Positions 46,229 through 58,888 of a stretch of 64,000 nt of DNA are shown here, in pieces. This stretch comes from Sarea resinae (Eukaryota), in assembly GCA_026026165.1 (NCBI GenBank), contig JAPEUD010000036.1:62001-126000 (forward strand). Reading direction: 5' to 3'. Within the stretch, counting starts at the first letter, position 1. The number at the start of each line of letters is the position of its first letter. The notes below the pieces were generated by a model. That model worked only from the letters and a program-made list of their open reading frames with translations, ran no database searches and was not told where the DNA came from. A program made the position numbers and the translations under genes.

Positions 46229-47224
46229 CTTGAACCAGGGGACTTGATGCCGGCTCTGACTTTTGATCCCGACCCGTGAATCGTCTGCGGCGCAAGATCG
46301 ATTGCGATGATGCAAGACAGGTAGTAGCTGGAGATTAGAAGACGAGAACCGTGTACTGTTCAGAGCAGGCAGGTAGTAGTAGGTAGCGATTGTAGCAGTA
46401 GCCGTGGTAGTAGCAGTCTCGCCATAAAAATTCTCGGAGTGTCCATCCAGGCGCACGGCTATTACTAACGAGATTAGATGCGTCGGCTCGCCAAGACTTG
46501 CCGATCTGATAACATCTAGTGCTTACTCAGTACTCCGAATAGGCTCGATGAGTCCATGGCCGAGTACATAGTAAAGAAATGGATCGCAGCTTTCCAGATA
46601 TTTGTAGCTGCCCACTCGGAGTACTTCGCTCTTTGCTGTATTTGTACACCTCCGTCTCCTTTTTCTCGAATTGGCATGCAAAGTCAAGTAAGGTAAACTA
46701 CGGGGTAGAGAGCCTACTACTATGTACGTAGGAATACATAGCTCACAGGTGTATGTACGAAGAAACCGAAGTACCCTGCCCACCTCACGGGGCAGCAAAG
46801 TCCTCGGCCCTTTGTCATCCCGTACCGTCTCTGAACGCATGTGACGACAACCGGTGCCCTAGTAAGGCTTCAGTGATGAGCACCTCAGCGATATATTCCA
46901 GTCCGGAAGCAGGCGATTCAATATTGTGCCTCACCATGTGAATCGAACTCTTCGCCGTCTAGAGTGAGACTCCTCGTATCATATTCTTGGTTGCATCTGG
47001 CATCAAGGCATCGGTCTGTACGATCAATCGACTAATCGACGTACCGTCCCCAAGACTGCTCACTACCTGCCTGAGGTACCCCGAGAGCTTGTTCGCCTGG
47101 GCAATGACGCTGCGTGCTGTTCATGGCAGCATTTGGTATGACCATCACCAGAATGCAATCCTTTGCACACTTTTGACACCTCACACATTAACACGGATCG
47201 ATAGAGTCTCCCTGGCTTGCTTCG

Positions 47225-49052
47225 ATGTCCTCCTCCGCCATTTCCACTCCGAATAGCGGACCTTCCTCGTCTACAAATCAAGATCCAAATCCTCCCACGG
47301 TGGCTGCCTTCTCCCCCTCATCACTCTCTCATCCAGCATCGATCCCGAAACAGCGCTCCACGATCCTTGTCCATCAGAAGTCGCCGTTACTCGTTGCGAC
47401 TCCTCCGCAGATAACACGCGCCTTAGCTTATTCACACCCATTCCTCCTGCCATTAAATAAACTTGCTGGCCTCCTATCATGGACGAGTCGTGATCCTTAC
47501 GAGAGCTTTCTCCTATTAGCCGGCTTCTGGGCCGTCGTGCTATATGGAGATACGCTGCTGCGATGGGCGGGGCCGATCATTGTCGTCGTGGGGTTGATGG
47601 TGGGCATGTACTCGCGCAGATACTCCCCCCTATCTTCGACGGGATGGACAGGAGAGAAGCTATCGAAGAGCCACAAACGAGCAGAATCGGAAAGTAGCAT
47701 GAGGCATCAAAAGAGCTTGGACGAAATCGTAGAGACGTTGCGTGAATTGACTGCAAGATGCAACGTCCTTCTCGACCCATGTCTACGTCTGACGGACTTT
47801 CTATCAACCCAAAGGACCGCGACGTCTGCCACGACCAGGCCAGCTCTTACTACGCTCTTCATTAGGATCTTAATGATCACCCCGCTCTGGATTGCCCTTA
47901 CTCTACCGCCACTCTACCTCATCACCACCAAACGCATCGTCTTAGCCTCGGGAACAGTCTTTCTAACCTGGCACTCACGACCCGCACGTGTCTCTCGAGA
48001 GATCCTGTGGCGTTCGTTGACCGTCCGCCGTATCAGCTCCTTCATCACGGGCCTAACATTCGACGGCGATTCATCTCCCGTCCACGCCAACACCAAGGGC
48101 CAATCAGGCCAAACCGCTCGCGCCGGCTTCGAAAACCACGTCGCCTCCTCTCTAGCCGCCAAACGACGAGGCGACTCTCAACGTGTCCGCTTCACGTTCT
48201 CCGTCTACGAGAATCAGCGTCGTTGGCTAGGCATCGGCTGGACATATTCGCTGTTTGCTTACGAGAGAGCAGCCTGGACGGACGAACACCTCAACGCGGC
48301 CCCTTCAAAGGACAACTTCAAACTTCCCGAAGTCGAAGATGGTATCGCGAAATGGCAGTGGGTGGAAGGCAGCGAGTGGCGTGTCGAAGGCGCAGGCGAA
48401 GCTGAAGCTAGAGGTGATGGCGGCTGGATATATTACGATAACAAGGTCCGTCAGCACTCCCCTCCTCGTCCCTCTTTTCTTTCATTTCACTCCTTCCAAT
48501 GAATTGCTAGTTGACTTGAAACTCGTACTATAGTGGCGCGATGGCCGCCGTGGAGAAGACAGTTGGGGTCGATATACTCGCCGCAGGAAATGGTATCGCG
48601 ACGCAGAGCTCGTAGAAATCTCGCCTTCCTCGTCCCCCCCTAACGCCGCGGCAGACGCCTCCACCTCCGCAGCCCAAACTTCCTCCGATCCCGCTGGTAC
48701 CGACATCAATGACGGCCCTCCTCCTGATTATGCAACCAGCATCCAATCGGACGCGGCGAGCACGACCAGCAGCACCAATGCCACCAACCGACGAAGCTGG
48801 TTCAAGAGCAGTAGTAATAACAACGCCAGGAAGGCCCCTAGCATCACGCCTAGTACCGCCACCGCTACTAGCACCAGCGCCGCAGCCGGAGCGGGAACAA
48901 AGAGTGGAGCCGACAGCGGGAAGAGCGTCGACAGCCGCAGGAGCGGTACGTCGTCTGCGGACGACGAACATCATGACACGCATCGTAATTACGAGGGCCG
49001 GGACGGCGGCGGCTGGACCGTCAGTGATGAGGCGCATATGGGCTTGGGCTGA
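47225..49052 (+). CDS. Pex23/Pex30-family peroxin (Pex24p/DysF domain)
   Basis: TM hairpins, VYENQRRWLGIGW, GWIYYDNK / intron 48446-48533 / W..GRRGEDSWGRYTRRRKWYRDAEL; stop TGA 49050-49052. Confidence 0.9.
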
Positions 49053-49935
49053 TGGACGATGCTGACGGCTATCTTTCTTTCCTACTGGAGCTCTCTGGGT
49101 CTGGGTGTTGGTACCGGCACTGCTGCTGACAACGTATGGCATAAATTTTCACTATCATGATGGCTACGGAACTGGTTGGCTTACGAATCTCTCTCTTTGT
49201 GGGCCCTCCAAACTTTGGCGTCTGTTGGTTCGGTTCCCTTACCTCTTACTTTTCTTGCTTTTTTGAGAAGCTCTTTTAGCGACCGTTTTCTATCCTTTTC
49301 TTTCCTGTCTCTTCGCTCACTTCGAATTGGTAACAGACTTTGCATTTGAGGCTCCGATTCCAATTCAGACTTGTTGAAACATGTTCCCATCCAGAGGCTC
49401 ACCAAAACAATGTCATGTCATCAGATAAAGATAGATCACCATCACAAAAGCTCTCACGCCGACAGATTTTGCACAGACAAGAATTAATTTATACGGCTCC
49501 AAAATCGTCGCCATTTGATTGATTCGCAAAAAGCAATAAGCTAGCAATCTCTCGACGCTTAGCCCCTAAGAGATCCCAGCCGAACCCTTGCCTCCTCGAA
49601 GAAGCCAGGGATCCTCGACTTGGGACTCCGTTCCAAAAAAAAAAAAACATTTGGATGTGTGTATGTGGTCATTAAGCCCGCGAACCTACAAAGGTAGGCG
49701 GGGCTGGTCGTAACGGGAATTCACAAGGAAAAGCAGAGGTGGGTTCCCCTGCAGATGACATGGATCATCCCGCTTCGCCCTGCCTGTCCTCTTTGCCGTG
49801 CACCTCCATCTTCATGTGGGATTCTCAGATGTCGGCTTCGTCGTCGTGGGTAGAAGGGTGGATGAAGGATGAAGGTGGTGGACAGGACGGGGTGAGGTGG
49901 GGTCGGGCCCAGTCGTGGCGTGTGTGGGGTTGGGT

Positions 49936-50230
49936 TTACTTCTGTTTTTTGGTGAGGGCGGTGGGGTTAGCGGTGTTCGGGGTTTTAGGTAGGAGAGGCG
50001 TATGATCAGAGATAGGTAGAGTGTGTTGGAATGTAATGACTTACAGAGCAGCCACCGCTGCAGCAGGAGCAGCTGGTGCATGCGCCGCTGTGGGAGCAAG
50101 AGGAGCAGGCTGTGCGTATGGGCAGGTTAAGTGTTAGCCATATGTTTCTTTCAGAGGGGCCAAGTGGCGCAGTTGAGCTCCACGAAAAGAAATATAGCGG
50201 CTCCGAGAAGGGCTTACAGCAGGGAGACAT
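49936..50230 (-). CDS. Metallothionein (27 aa, 8 Cys), three exons
   Basis: Exons 50230-50218, 50109-50045, 49941-49936 = MSPCSCSSCSHSGACTSCSCCSGGCSK*; donors GTAAGC/GTAAGT, branch GCTAAC twice, CAG acceptors. Confidence 0.88.
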
Positions 50231-50381
50231 GATTGATGTTGGATTGAGGGTTTTGGCTTTGATTTGGGAAAGTGCGGTTGATTGCTTTGTCCGTTTGCTG
50301 GATGTGTGTGAAGCTGTAAATGTGTTGCGGGGTGAGGGAGTGAGAGGAAAGGAAAGATGGGGGACTGGAGAGATTGGAGGC

Positions 50382-50387
50382 TTTATA
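50382..50387 (-). promoter_or_regulatory. TATA box of the 27-aa metallothionein gene
   Basis: TATAAA on the minus strand ~150 nt upstream of the ATG, followed by a pyrimidine-rich tract. Confidence 0.55.
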
Positions 50388-52233
50388 TGTCCGGGTCGGT
50401 GCTGTCTGTCAGTGTGGGGTTCCAATTGGCAAGCCAACCAAAGGAAACAAGCCATCCACCTCCAGCTTAGTAGAGTGCCCGTGATTCACTAAGAGGCTCC
50501 CTTCGTCATTGGATCTGGGTTCCAGTCCTCATTCGCCCTACGATAAGTACCTATCTCTGTCGATTCACCTGCAACTGTACGAAGGTACTCGACTGTCATC
50601 AGCTACGGGTTCTCTACCTGAGTGCTGCATTCCCGCATTTCCTCGAGGACTGCATTCCCCCCTCTCGGGTCCCCAAGGAGAGGTTCTGATCGAATGACAC
50701 CCACGGTAGGCAGTCGGTCTGTGGTGAGATATCCAGCCATCCATCATCTTATCGGTCCTGGCGATCCATCCACCGCTAGCGTTAGATACAAGCGTGGCAT
50801 GGCATTGGCGGGGCAAGCAGCTGTGACTTCGTTACTCGAGAGGTCATGCTTCCTTCATTTCCACCCCACTTCACGCCTCACAGAGCACGAGCCAGCAATG
50901 TCCAGTCGCTCTCTGTGAGGTGGCCAAAGGCCGTCCCACCCCGCGTTCGTGTTGGTGTGCTGGACCCAATGCGCCGAAGGTGACCGAGGACTGTTTCATA
51001 ACGTAACTCGTACGTACCTCCATAGTAGTTGCGGGAATAGTGAGGCTGATAACTGACCTACCTGAGGTATTACGGCAGTAAAAGTCTCTTCCTCCCTATC
51101 GGGCTATGCCCAGGTATACCTACCAGGGAGTCAGCCAGCAGAGTAGTACTCCGGAGTAGAAGAGGTAGAGCAAGCTAGGTAATTCTCATGCCACTTGGAG
51201 TGCAAAGACGATGAAATCCCATGTCCGTTGATCTCGGTGAGGGGCATCCGGGCCATCGGGAGCCAACGGGCGTGCCATACGGTATACATGTTACCGCTTT
51301 GGGGAACAATGGGGCCGACGGATCGGGCCACGTATGGATGACATACTTTAGTTCGAGCCTTACGTTCTACCATTCGAAATGAACGGGCATGTAGAGCTGA
51401 TGCGGCCAATCGCTGTCATTGTGCTAAGGCGTCGTGGACGAACGGCCTTCTTTCTAGTGGATTATGCTGCCTTGAGCAATTCGCAAAGATTTGCAAACGT
51501 GAAAGAAATCGATAGAGAGGCTACGTGAGGACTTCATGATGGCAGGGCCTTTATCTTTGCTTTTTTCGCATACCCATATCTAGCAGGCCGCCGAACTAAG
51601 ATCACGACCTTGAAATCATGATCGCATGCATCCCTGTGAACTTCAGAAGTCCCCACGGGGAAGGAATGCAGGGCCACGAAATGATCGAAATGAGAATCTT
51701 CGTTTTCCCGCGGGCAATCTTCACGTCATTTTGATCAAAGGCCAAAGCTTTCTTTTCCTCTCGGCTTTCTGCATCCGGGTGATCCGATGTATTGATATGA
51801 TATTGAGACTTTGGTCGTGCGAAACGACGATGCTCCAAATGATCGACAAACCCACGTGGAACACCCCTCAATTCTCCATCCTTCAATTTCCAACCTCCAT
51901 CATCTTCCATGCCTCGCTTTCAAAAGAATGCCGCAATACATCTTGCCCACATAGCACGAGGTGTCGGTTTTGTCCCATATCCTTCCACGCTTGCTCGCCC
52001 CGATTTTCCGCCAAATAAATAACAAACATGTCTCTCGACGGTCCTCGCTGGTTCAGATATTGAGAATGCAGATTCGATGGCATGAGAAAGCCAAGGTCGG
52101 GAGTTGCTATCTTCCTAGCATTTATTTTCTACCGGCCATTACACTTACTGTCAGTTTGAAGCTATGGAGTTGCTGCTCCATGCAATCAAATCGGTCTTTC
52201 TGGACAAGAGGGTAGTGTTGAGGACGTGGGAGC

Positions 52234-52406
52234 TTACTTGTCGCCGCAGGTGCATGAAGTGCCACACTATAGTAATAGCAAGGGTCAGCGCAAAGGCCGG
52301 AAGAGGAGTGGGAAGACAACGAGCAGATCCAGACCGACTTGAATTGCTTGTCTAGTACAGAGCACGGGCTCACCTTGCACTCGGATCCACAAGAACATCC
52401 AGTCAT
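52234..52406 (-). CDS. Second metallothionein (21 aa, 6 Cys), two exons
   Basis: Exons 52406-52374 and 52266-52234 = MTGCSCGSECKCGTSCTCGDK*; intron GTGAGC..GCTGAC..TAG. Confidence 0.85.
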
Positions 52407-53515
52407 GTTGTCGGTTTGTATGATTTGGACCGAATCAGTCTCAAATAATCAGAAAGCTGGGTTTCCAGAGTTGTAATTGATATTCGAAGGTTTGGTGATT
52501 TTCGGAGCTTCTTGAAATTTTTTTAGTTACGCGTCTAGAGAGCGGGGCATATTTCTGCCTTTATCCTATCCAGAGATCTCGGCGACCTTTCCGAACTTGG
52601 AGGGGCTCCAGGGTCCTGCTGGTGTGAGAACAGCGCCTGAAGCGATCGATCCAGTCAGTCCCTGCAGACCTTCACTTGGGCTGTCCTCGCAGAAAACCAC
52701 TCCACCTAATTCCCGTTACTGTATTTGTTTATTGCGGGGTCCCACCACCACCACCACTATTTCTACCACTTACGGTAAAGATGCTAGCTGCAGGATGCTT
52801 CGCGCCACAATTCCCAAATCTCAATTGCATTTGGTCTGCGCGAATTGGAGCACCTAGCTGAGGCCAACTACTATCATGAGGCATGAAAGTGGTGAGAAAT
52901 TTGCGCTTCCTCCAGCTGTCCGTCATGTAAGTCGGAACCTCATGCGTCCGCTCTTCCTGGTCCTGTCAGGATTGGCCTGTATGAGCACGGAAATATATGG
53001 AAGAAGATACAGGCCTCTAGAAACTATATCGAATCAATCGACTCATCCGAATACCTACATTGTTGCACTATTTGGACGTGAGGCTGATCTTCTGATCACC
53101 TCGGGCCAGCAGCCAGGCTCGAAAGCCATCTCGATGTGCTTTTATTGGACGCTCTGAGTCCTTGCTGTTGGTGCTCCCCTGGGTCAAGGAGCGGTTTGGG
53201 CAGTGTCAAGGAGCCTCACGTTTACCATTTGGTTTGCTGTCGCATTTCCACATCATGGACCCCTACGGGAAGTGAATTAGAAGTCCACTAACAATCAGGG
53301 CTACCTGGGATCTAAGACGGCCTCCCGCTGGGGTGACCCGCATAATGTGCTCAATACTTCTCAAACCACGTGGGGTGGAACTCTTCGCTGACACTGAGGG
53401 AGCTGAGGCTCTCGGGCCGAGCCCTTGCCTAGGGCGCCATCTTTGTGGTTTGATATGGATAACAACTTGCATGAATTATCGTTGCATTTTATTTTAATAT
53501 GTTTCTAGACTATCT

Positions 53516-54625
53516 TCATGACGCCGCCTCTCCCATCTTTGCTTGTGCCATATGTGCCCGTCTTTTCAGGTCGGCAATCATCTGAGCTGGATTATCCTTT
53601 CCCGTCTTCTTTGCAAATTCTTTCATCCCTCGTAGCAGATAAGCTATGAGTGCTTTGTTTGCTGCATCATCCGCGTGGCTCACTTCCCAGTACCTGTACT
53701 CAAGCCAATCATCCGCTCTCGCACCGCTCTCCGTACGGAGAAGCCCGATGCTCGGCTCTATTATATCTGGTCGCCCATGAGCTTCATAGAAGACCGTTGC
53801 GCCACAAGTTCCGCAGAAATAACGATCTTTGCTTTCGGAGCTGTGATATTTCGTCAACGTCCCGGCGTTGCTGATGTCGAGTTTGCCACCATCTGTGGCG
53901 AACAGGTCTATTTTGGGCACATAACACCAAGCGTTGATATCGAACCCGGAAGCCAGACGGCAAGAGCTGCAGACGCAGACCCCACATGCGTATTTGCCCA
54001 ACACCGCCCGGAGCAGCCATGTGAGCTTTTCGCCATCGGACGCCGAGGGTGATATTTCATTGAGTGACTTTTTGACTGCCGGAATGATATGAAAATGAAC
54101 ACCGCCGCAGTGGCATCGAACTTCCAGCTGCTTTTGCTCGTTCTTACTTGCGGCCATCTTGCTTGCTGGCCAATGATTTTCGGGCAATGCCTTGCTCTTC
54201 CCAGCCGATTGCTCCCACCTCTTCAACGGCTGATCTTGATCAAGCTTGAGTAACCACTCACTCAGTCCACCGTCTTTTGTGTCGCCCACGTAGATGTGCC
54301 CTGCTACCTTTACTACACCCTCGACCCTATCCAAAACACCGGTCGAGGCCCACCACTTGCCATCATTCAACAAAACCATGTGAGTGCCGCAGGATTTGCA
54401 GAAATACCTCGTCATATGATCGGAGGTATCATAGGCTGTGAGCTGAGTCCCTTCCAGATTCGGTTCAGGGATAACAACGCAAAGCGCACAAAGCATTCCC
54501 GAGACGTGTCTGCAGCTATCACAATGGCAGAAGATGGCGTCGATGGGGAGAGACGACGTGGGGACAGGAACAAGGATGGCATTTTTACGGCAGAGGCATG
54601 AGAGTGTCAGAGTTGTGGTTGCCAT
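53516..54625 (-). CDS. Tandem GFA/CENP-V (Mss4-like, DUF636) zinc-binding protein
   Basis: Two copies of CxC..CxCxSCR..SG..RYFCxxCG (CLC, CHCDSCR, RYFCKSCG; CHC, CVCSSCR, RYFCGTCG). Confidence 0.9.
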   Translation of the reverse strand: MATTTLTLSCLCRKNAILVPVPTSSLPIDAIFCHCDSCRHVSGMLCALCVVIPEPNLEGTQLTAYDTSDHMTRYFCKSCGTHMVLLNDGKWWASTGVLDRVEGVVKVAGHIYVGDTKDGGLSEWLLKLDQDQPLKRWEQSAGKSKALPENHWPASKMAASKNEQKQLEVRCHCGGVHFHIIPAVKKSLNEISPSASDGEKLTWLLRAVLGKYACGVCVCSSCRLASGFDINAWCYVPKIDLFATDGGKLDISNAGTLTKYHSSESKDRYFCGTCGATVFYEAHGRPDIIEPSIGLLRTESGARADDWLEYRYWEVSHADDAANKALIAYLLRGMKEFAKKTGKDNPAQMIADLKRRAHMAQAKMGEAAS

Positions 54626-55080
54626 GATGATGATGCTCAGCCTTTCAAATCTGAACGATTCAAGACTGTTGTTGCCAAAGAAGTCAAAGAAAGAGGCGGG
54701 AGAGAAGAAGAGCGACAGCTAGAGGATGCTTGAAGAACGGACCAAGTAGCATGTGTCATTGAGCAGCTTCCCATGGACATCGGACTGAACTTGGACGATT
54801 ATATCGAAACGGCTCAGCCGTTCTCTCAACAAAGCTCTTTTGCCTCCCCACCGTTTTCAAGATTACAGTCCTCCCTTACGTTAGATTAGTACCTATTCGT
54901 AGTTGTCAAGGAGTCACATACCTAGGTACCTACCTACTTTACCTACCAAGCTAAACACGAGGGGCGTAAGCAGTCCCTTGGGCCAACAACGATAGGTCCT
55001 CTGTCGGAGTCGGTGCTATCGATAGCTTAGCGAAGCAAGCTGGAGCCCTCCATGCACACACATACTGCACTTGTTCACGT

Positions 55081-55128
55081 AGGTACGAAGTACGCGTACC
55101 TCGTACTTCGTACCTCGTACCTCGCACC
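55081..55128. repeat. Degenerate (CGTACCT)n 7-mer repeat
   Basis: GTACGAAGTACGCGTACCTCGTACTTCGTACCTCGTACCTCGCACC. Confidence 0.8.
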
Positions 55129-55850
55129 TGCTCGACTGGAGCATTCAAGTTCAAATTCATTTGCAGACACGCGACGACGGCTTCCGAATCCGATGACGCT
55201 CGCCAATTTTTCCAACTCAATAGTCGACACCTCTTTCTGCGCGTTTTGCGACTGTCATCTCCAGCTCGATATTCCAGCCATCTCCAACGCACAAGTGCTT
55301 CGCCCAGGCATCTCGTAGCCAAGTTCGACCAAGGGCTGGAGGCTCGACACACTCCTTTGAAATACTCCGCCTCGACATATTGCGCAGCGTTATCAAACGA
55401 CAGAGATGGTGTTGGGCCTTGACGACGAGTAGCTCCATCTAATCGCCCAATGACAGTCAACCTCGTCCAGACGTCGAGAGCACAATTGCCCCTGATATCC
55501 GGATTGTGAGCTTCTTGCTTCCAAGTCCGATTGCCTCGGGGTTTCTGCCGCCAGTCTGTCCACGACATTGGTACCGTCAAAGTCGCGCATCATTCACATC
55601 TGCAAATAGATTTCACTTGTTCCATTCATCATTGACGGTGAAGGCCCCGGCTCCTTCGTCGACAGCCCTTTAAGTCTTCGCTGTAAATTGTTGTCAACCT
55701 TCCAGGTCAAGTAATCTTGTTAAGCTCGCGCTTGACCTTCGCTCCTATCCTAGGCCGTCTTCACACGTTACGGTCACAGTGTGTTCCTCTATCTTTCCAA
55801 GCACCATACTCATGCTCTCCGACACAGTCGAAGCATAGATTCGAGCTAAG

Positions 55851-58800
55851 ATGTCAGCATCGGGAGATAGACAGCAACGGAGGCCGCCGCCACCCCCTCC
55901 AACTTCCCGTTTGCCCCCACTCCCTCGCGAGCCGCCTCCTCCAATGTACGGCTTCGGCAGCACAGACTCTTACCGCCCTAGGGACTCACAACGTGGAAGA
56001 CACCAACAGGATTTCTCCTTTCGCGTCGAAGACTCTAGAGCCCCTCGTTATCCAAGATATGAGTCTCCGCCGCGACAGCCTCGAAACGATCGGCATCGGT
56101 CAGACCATCGACCAGAATATTCTCGAAGGAATCAAGGTCCCCCGGGTAGAAACGAGAGAGATCGTAGGCCCAGACGCGATTTCGCTGGACGTGGAGGGCG
56201 ACCATTCGTTCCTACTCATGAGCGACCTCTTTTGAGGTCCAGAAGAGAATCCACACCGGAGCAGCTGAGTGGGATGGCATTTGATCCAGATCACCACGAT
56301 CGATTTATGGCTATCGAGGATGTGTCTGACAGTGAAGAAGAGGATATGGACGTCGAGTCCGGTGACGACGGGGATGAAGATCCATCTGTTTCCAATGGAA
56401 CCAAGGTTAACGGTTCAAAGGCAAATGCATCTTTTTTGGAAGCAGATGAGCCGCCACGGAAAAAGCAGCAAAAAGCTCCCGGGGCGGAATCAACCGATGG
56501 GTCAAGTGTTCCTAAATGGTCAAATCCTGACCCGTACACTGTGCTCCCGCCGCCAGATGAATCTCACAAAAAGAGAAAGGATGTTGTGAAACTCATCCGC
56601 AAGGCCAAAGTTCCAAAGCCAGATGACTCGAAAAATACGGCAGTTGTGAATGAAGACTTTATCTCTCTTGATTTCGACGACGATGTTAATGCCGAAGACT
56701 CCGAAGACTCCGAGAAGCCAGGGCCCGACGCCCTAGAACAGTCACCGGGACGCCGTGGGTTTAGCCATTTGGAGAATTTGCATGGCTCGACTCTTTCTAC
56801 TGCTACTAGCGCTGTTCCTCCTACCAACGGTGCACCCCCTGGGACTGCTGGGAACGTTGTATCTGCTAGCTCTCTCGGTCCTCCACCCGGTTTGCTAGTC
56901 GGCCAGGAGAGTACAATATTGAAGTCGTCTGAAGCGTCTGCATGGCCACCTCGAAGCATAGATGATGCAATTCCTCAGAGAAAGAGAAAGCATGATGATT
57001 ACCTCGAGGACATAAAGCCCATGAAGAAGAAGAGGGCTGGAGGTAAAATGCCAAGCACGGGAGCTATTGTAGATGAATGGCAACCTTGCAAGCAGGGGAG
57101 CGCAACTCCATGGTGTACCGTAGATCATTCCAGGACCAAGCGAATGGGTGATTGGTACGTGTTGTCTGAGTGGGATTGAGTGGTATCGACTGACTGGAAT
57201 TTCCTAGGCTCCATCAGGAGATTTGTGACTTCTACGAATTTGTTCGGCCAAAGGAATTCGAGCACGTCATCCGCAATGAGCTTCTCGATAGAATGAGAGC
57301 ATTTGTTGCTCGGAAGTACCAAAATTGTGAAGTTCAGTGTTTTGGTTCGTTTGCAGCCGGACTCTATCTCCCCAATTCGGATATGGATCTGGTGATCATG
57401 TCTCATGAATTTGCCCGTCGCGGAAGAAAAACAGTTTTCCAAAACAAGAAAGAATTACACAAACTAAGCGGCCTGCTGGAAATCGCCAGATTTCCTGTTC
57501 CCGGCTCTATGGAGGTCGTTGCTAGCGCCAAGGTGCCCATCGTCAAGTTCGTCGATCGCCTTACTGGACTGCGGGTTGACATATCCTTTGAGAATGACAG
57601 CGGACTTGTCGCACTCAAGACATTTGAGGATTGGAAAGCCCAGTTCCCAGCCATGCCTGTCATCGTCACGGTGATAAAGCAACTCCTAATGATGCGAGGG
57701 CTCAATGAGGTATTCAATGGCGGCGTTGGCGGGTTTGCCGTTACTTGTCTCGTTACGAGCTTGCTGCAGATGATGCCTCAAGTTCAGAGCGGCAATATGA
57801 TACCCGAGCATCACCTTGGAGAGATCTTGATGGAATTCTTTGATCTGTATGGCAATGAATTCAACCGGGAATATAGCGGTATTCAGCTTGATCCGCCAGG
57901 ATACTTTGTCAAGGTAAGGTCTATATTCAACAGTCTTATAAAGCCACAGCTAATCAATTACCAGCGGCCCAATGGAGACAGAAATTACATTGAACGGCTG
58001 ACAATAATTGACCCCAACAATCCTGATAACAACATTTCTCAAGGATCAGGTAACATAAAGCTAATCTTGGGTCTCTTCTCCCATGGTTACAACTCGCTTC
58101 AGCGAAAGATGGCCGAGCTTCAAAACGCAGAGTTTTCCAAACGAGAAGGGCAAAGCATTCTCGGGACGCTCCTTGGTGGTGACTACTCGTCTTTCGAATG
58201 GCAGCGCAATCGCCTGAGACTGCTCTATGATGAGAGGTTCGGTCCTGGACAATCTTCGAGGAGCAATTGACAGCTAACGGGCCCGGGGGATGACAGGTCC
58301 GGCGGAGATCCGCTGCCGGAGATGATAGCTGCCGAGACCAAGGCCGGGCATGTGTGTGAATTACCAGATGATCCTTCCGGTTCTACTCAGCATCAAGTAG
58401 ACGAAGCAGAAAAGCCAGGAAAGAGAAAGAAAAAGAAGGGGCCAAGCGTGTCGAACAACCCTTTCGGTCCTGATATCTCTCGACTCAGTGCTAAAGCGGG
58501 GAAAGCACGGCATAGAGAAAAGATAAGACTAAGAGCGAAAGAGAAGCAGGCAAAGAAGGAAGCGGAGCAGGCAATGGAGGTACACAATGCAGCTCAAGAC
58601 GCCGATCGGGTGGTTGGTGGGTCCTCTTCAGCTCCAAATGCGGCTAAGCCACCGGTCACAAGAGACAGGAAGAAGGGCAAGAAAGCGCTCGTCTCCAGGG
58701 AGCGGATGGAAATACACGGAGCAGACACCGTACTCCCTGGCGCTATTACTGCCGAAGAGTCTGCAAGTTTGCCTAGGCTTCGCTCAGGTGCCAACAGACT

Positions 58801-58888
58801 TCAGACTGCACTAGTGCCGAACTCAGGCAACAAGCGTTCCAACGAAAACATAGGATCAAGTCGTGATCCCATCATACTCGATCAGTAG
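55851..58888 (+). CDS. TRF4: Non-canonical poly(A) polymerase of the TRAMP complex (Trf4/Cid14)
   Basis: WLHQEICDFYEFVRP, FGSFAAGLYLPNSDMDLV, AKVPIVKF, VDISF, RGLNEVFNGG, IIDPNNPDNNIS; introns 57155-57207, 57914-57964 and probably 58237-58296. Confidence 0.92.

Noticed and set aside
58268..58270. Stop-codon readthrough or A-to-I editing of the TRF4 TGA
   Set aside because: A 60-nt intron with branch point and acceptor removes the stop more simply, and the context is not the TGA-CTA readthrough motif.
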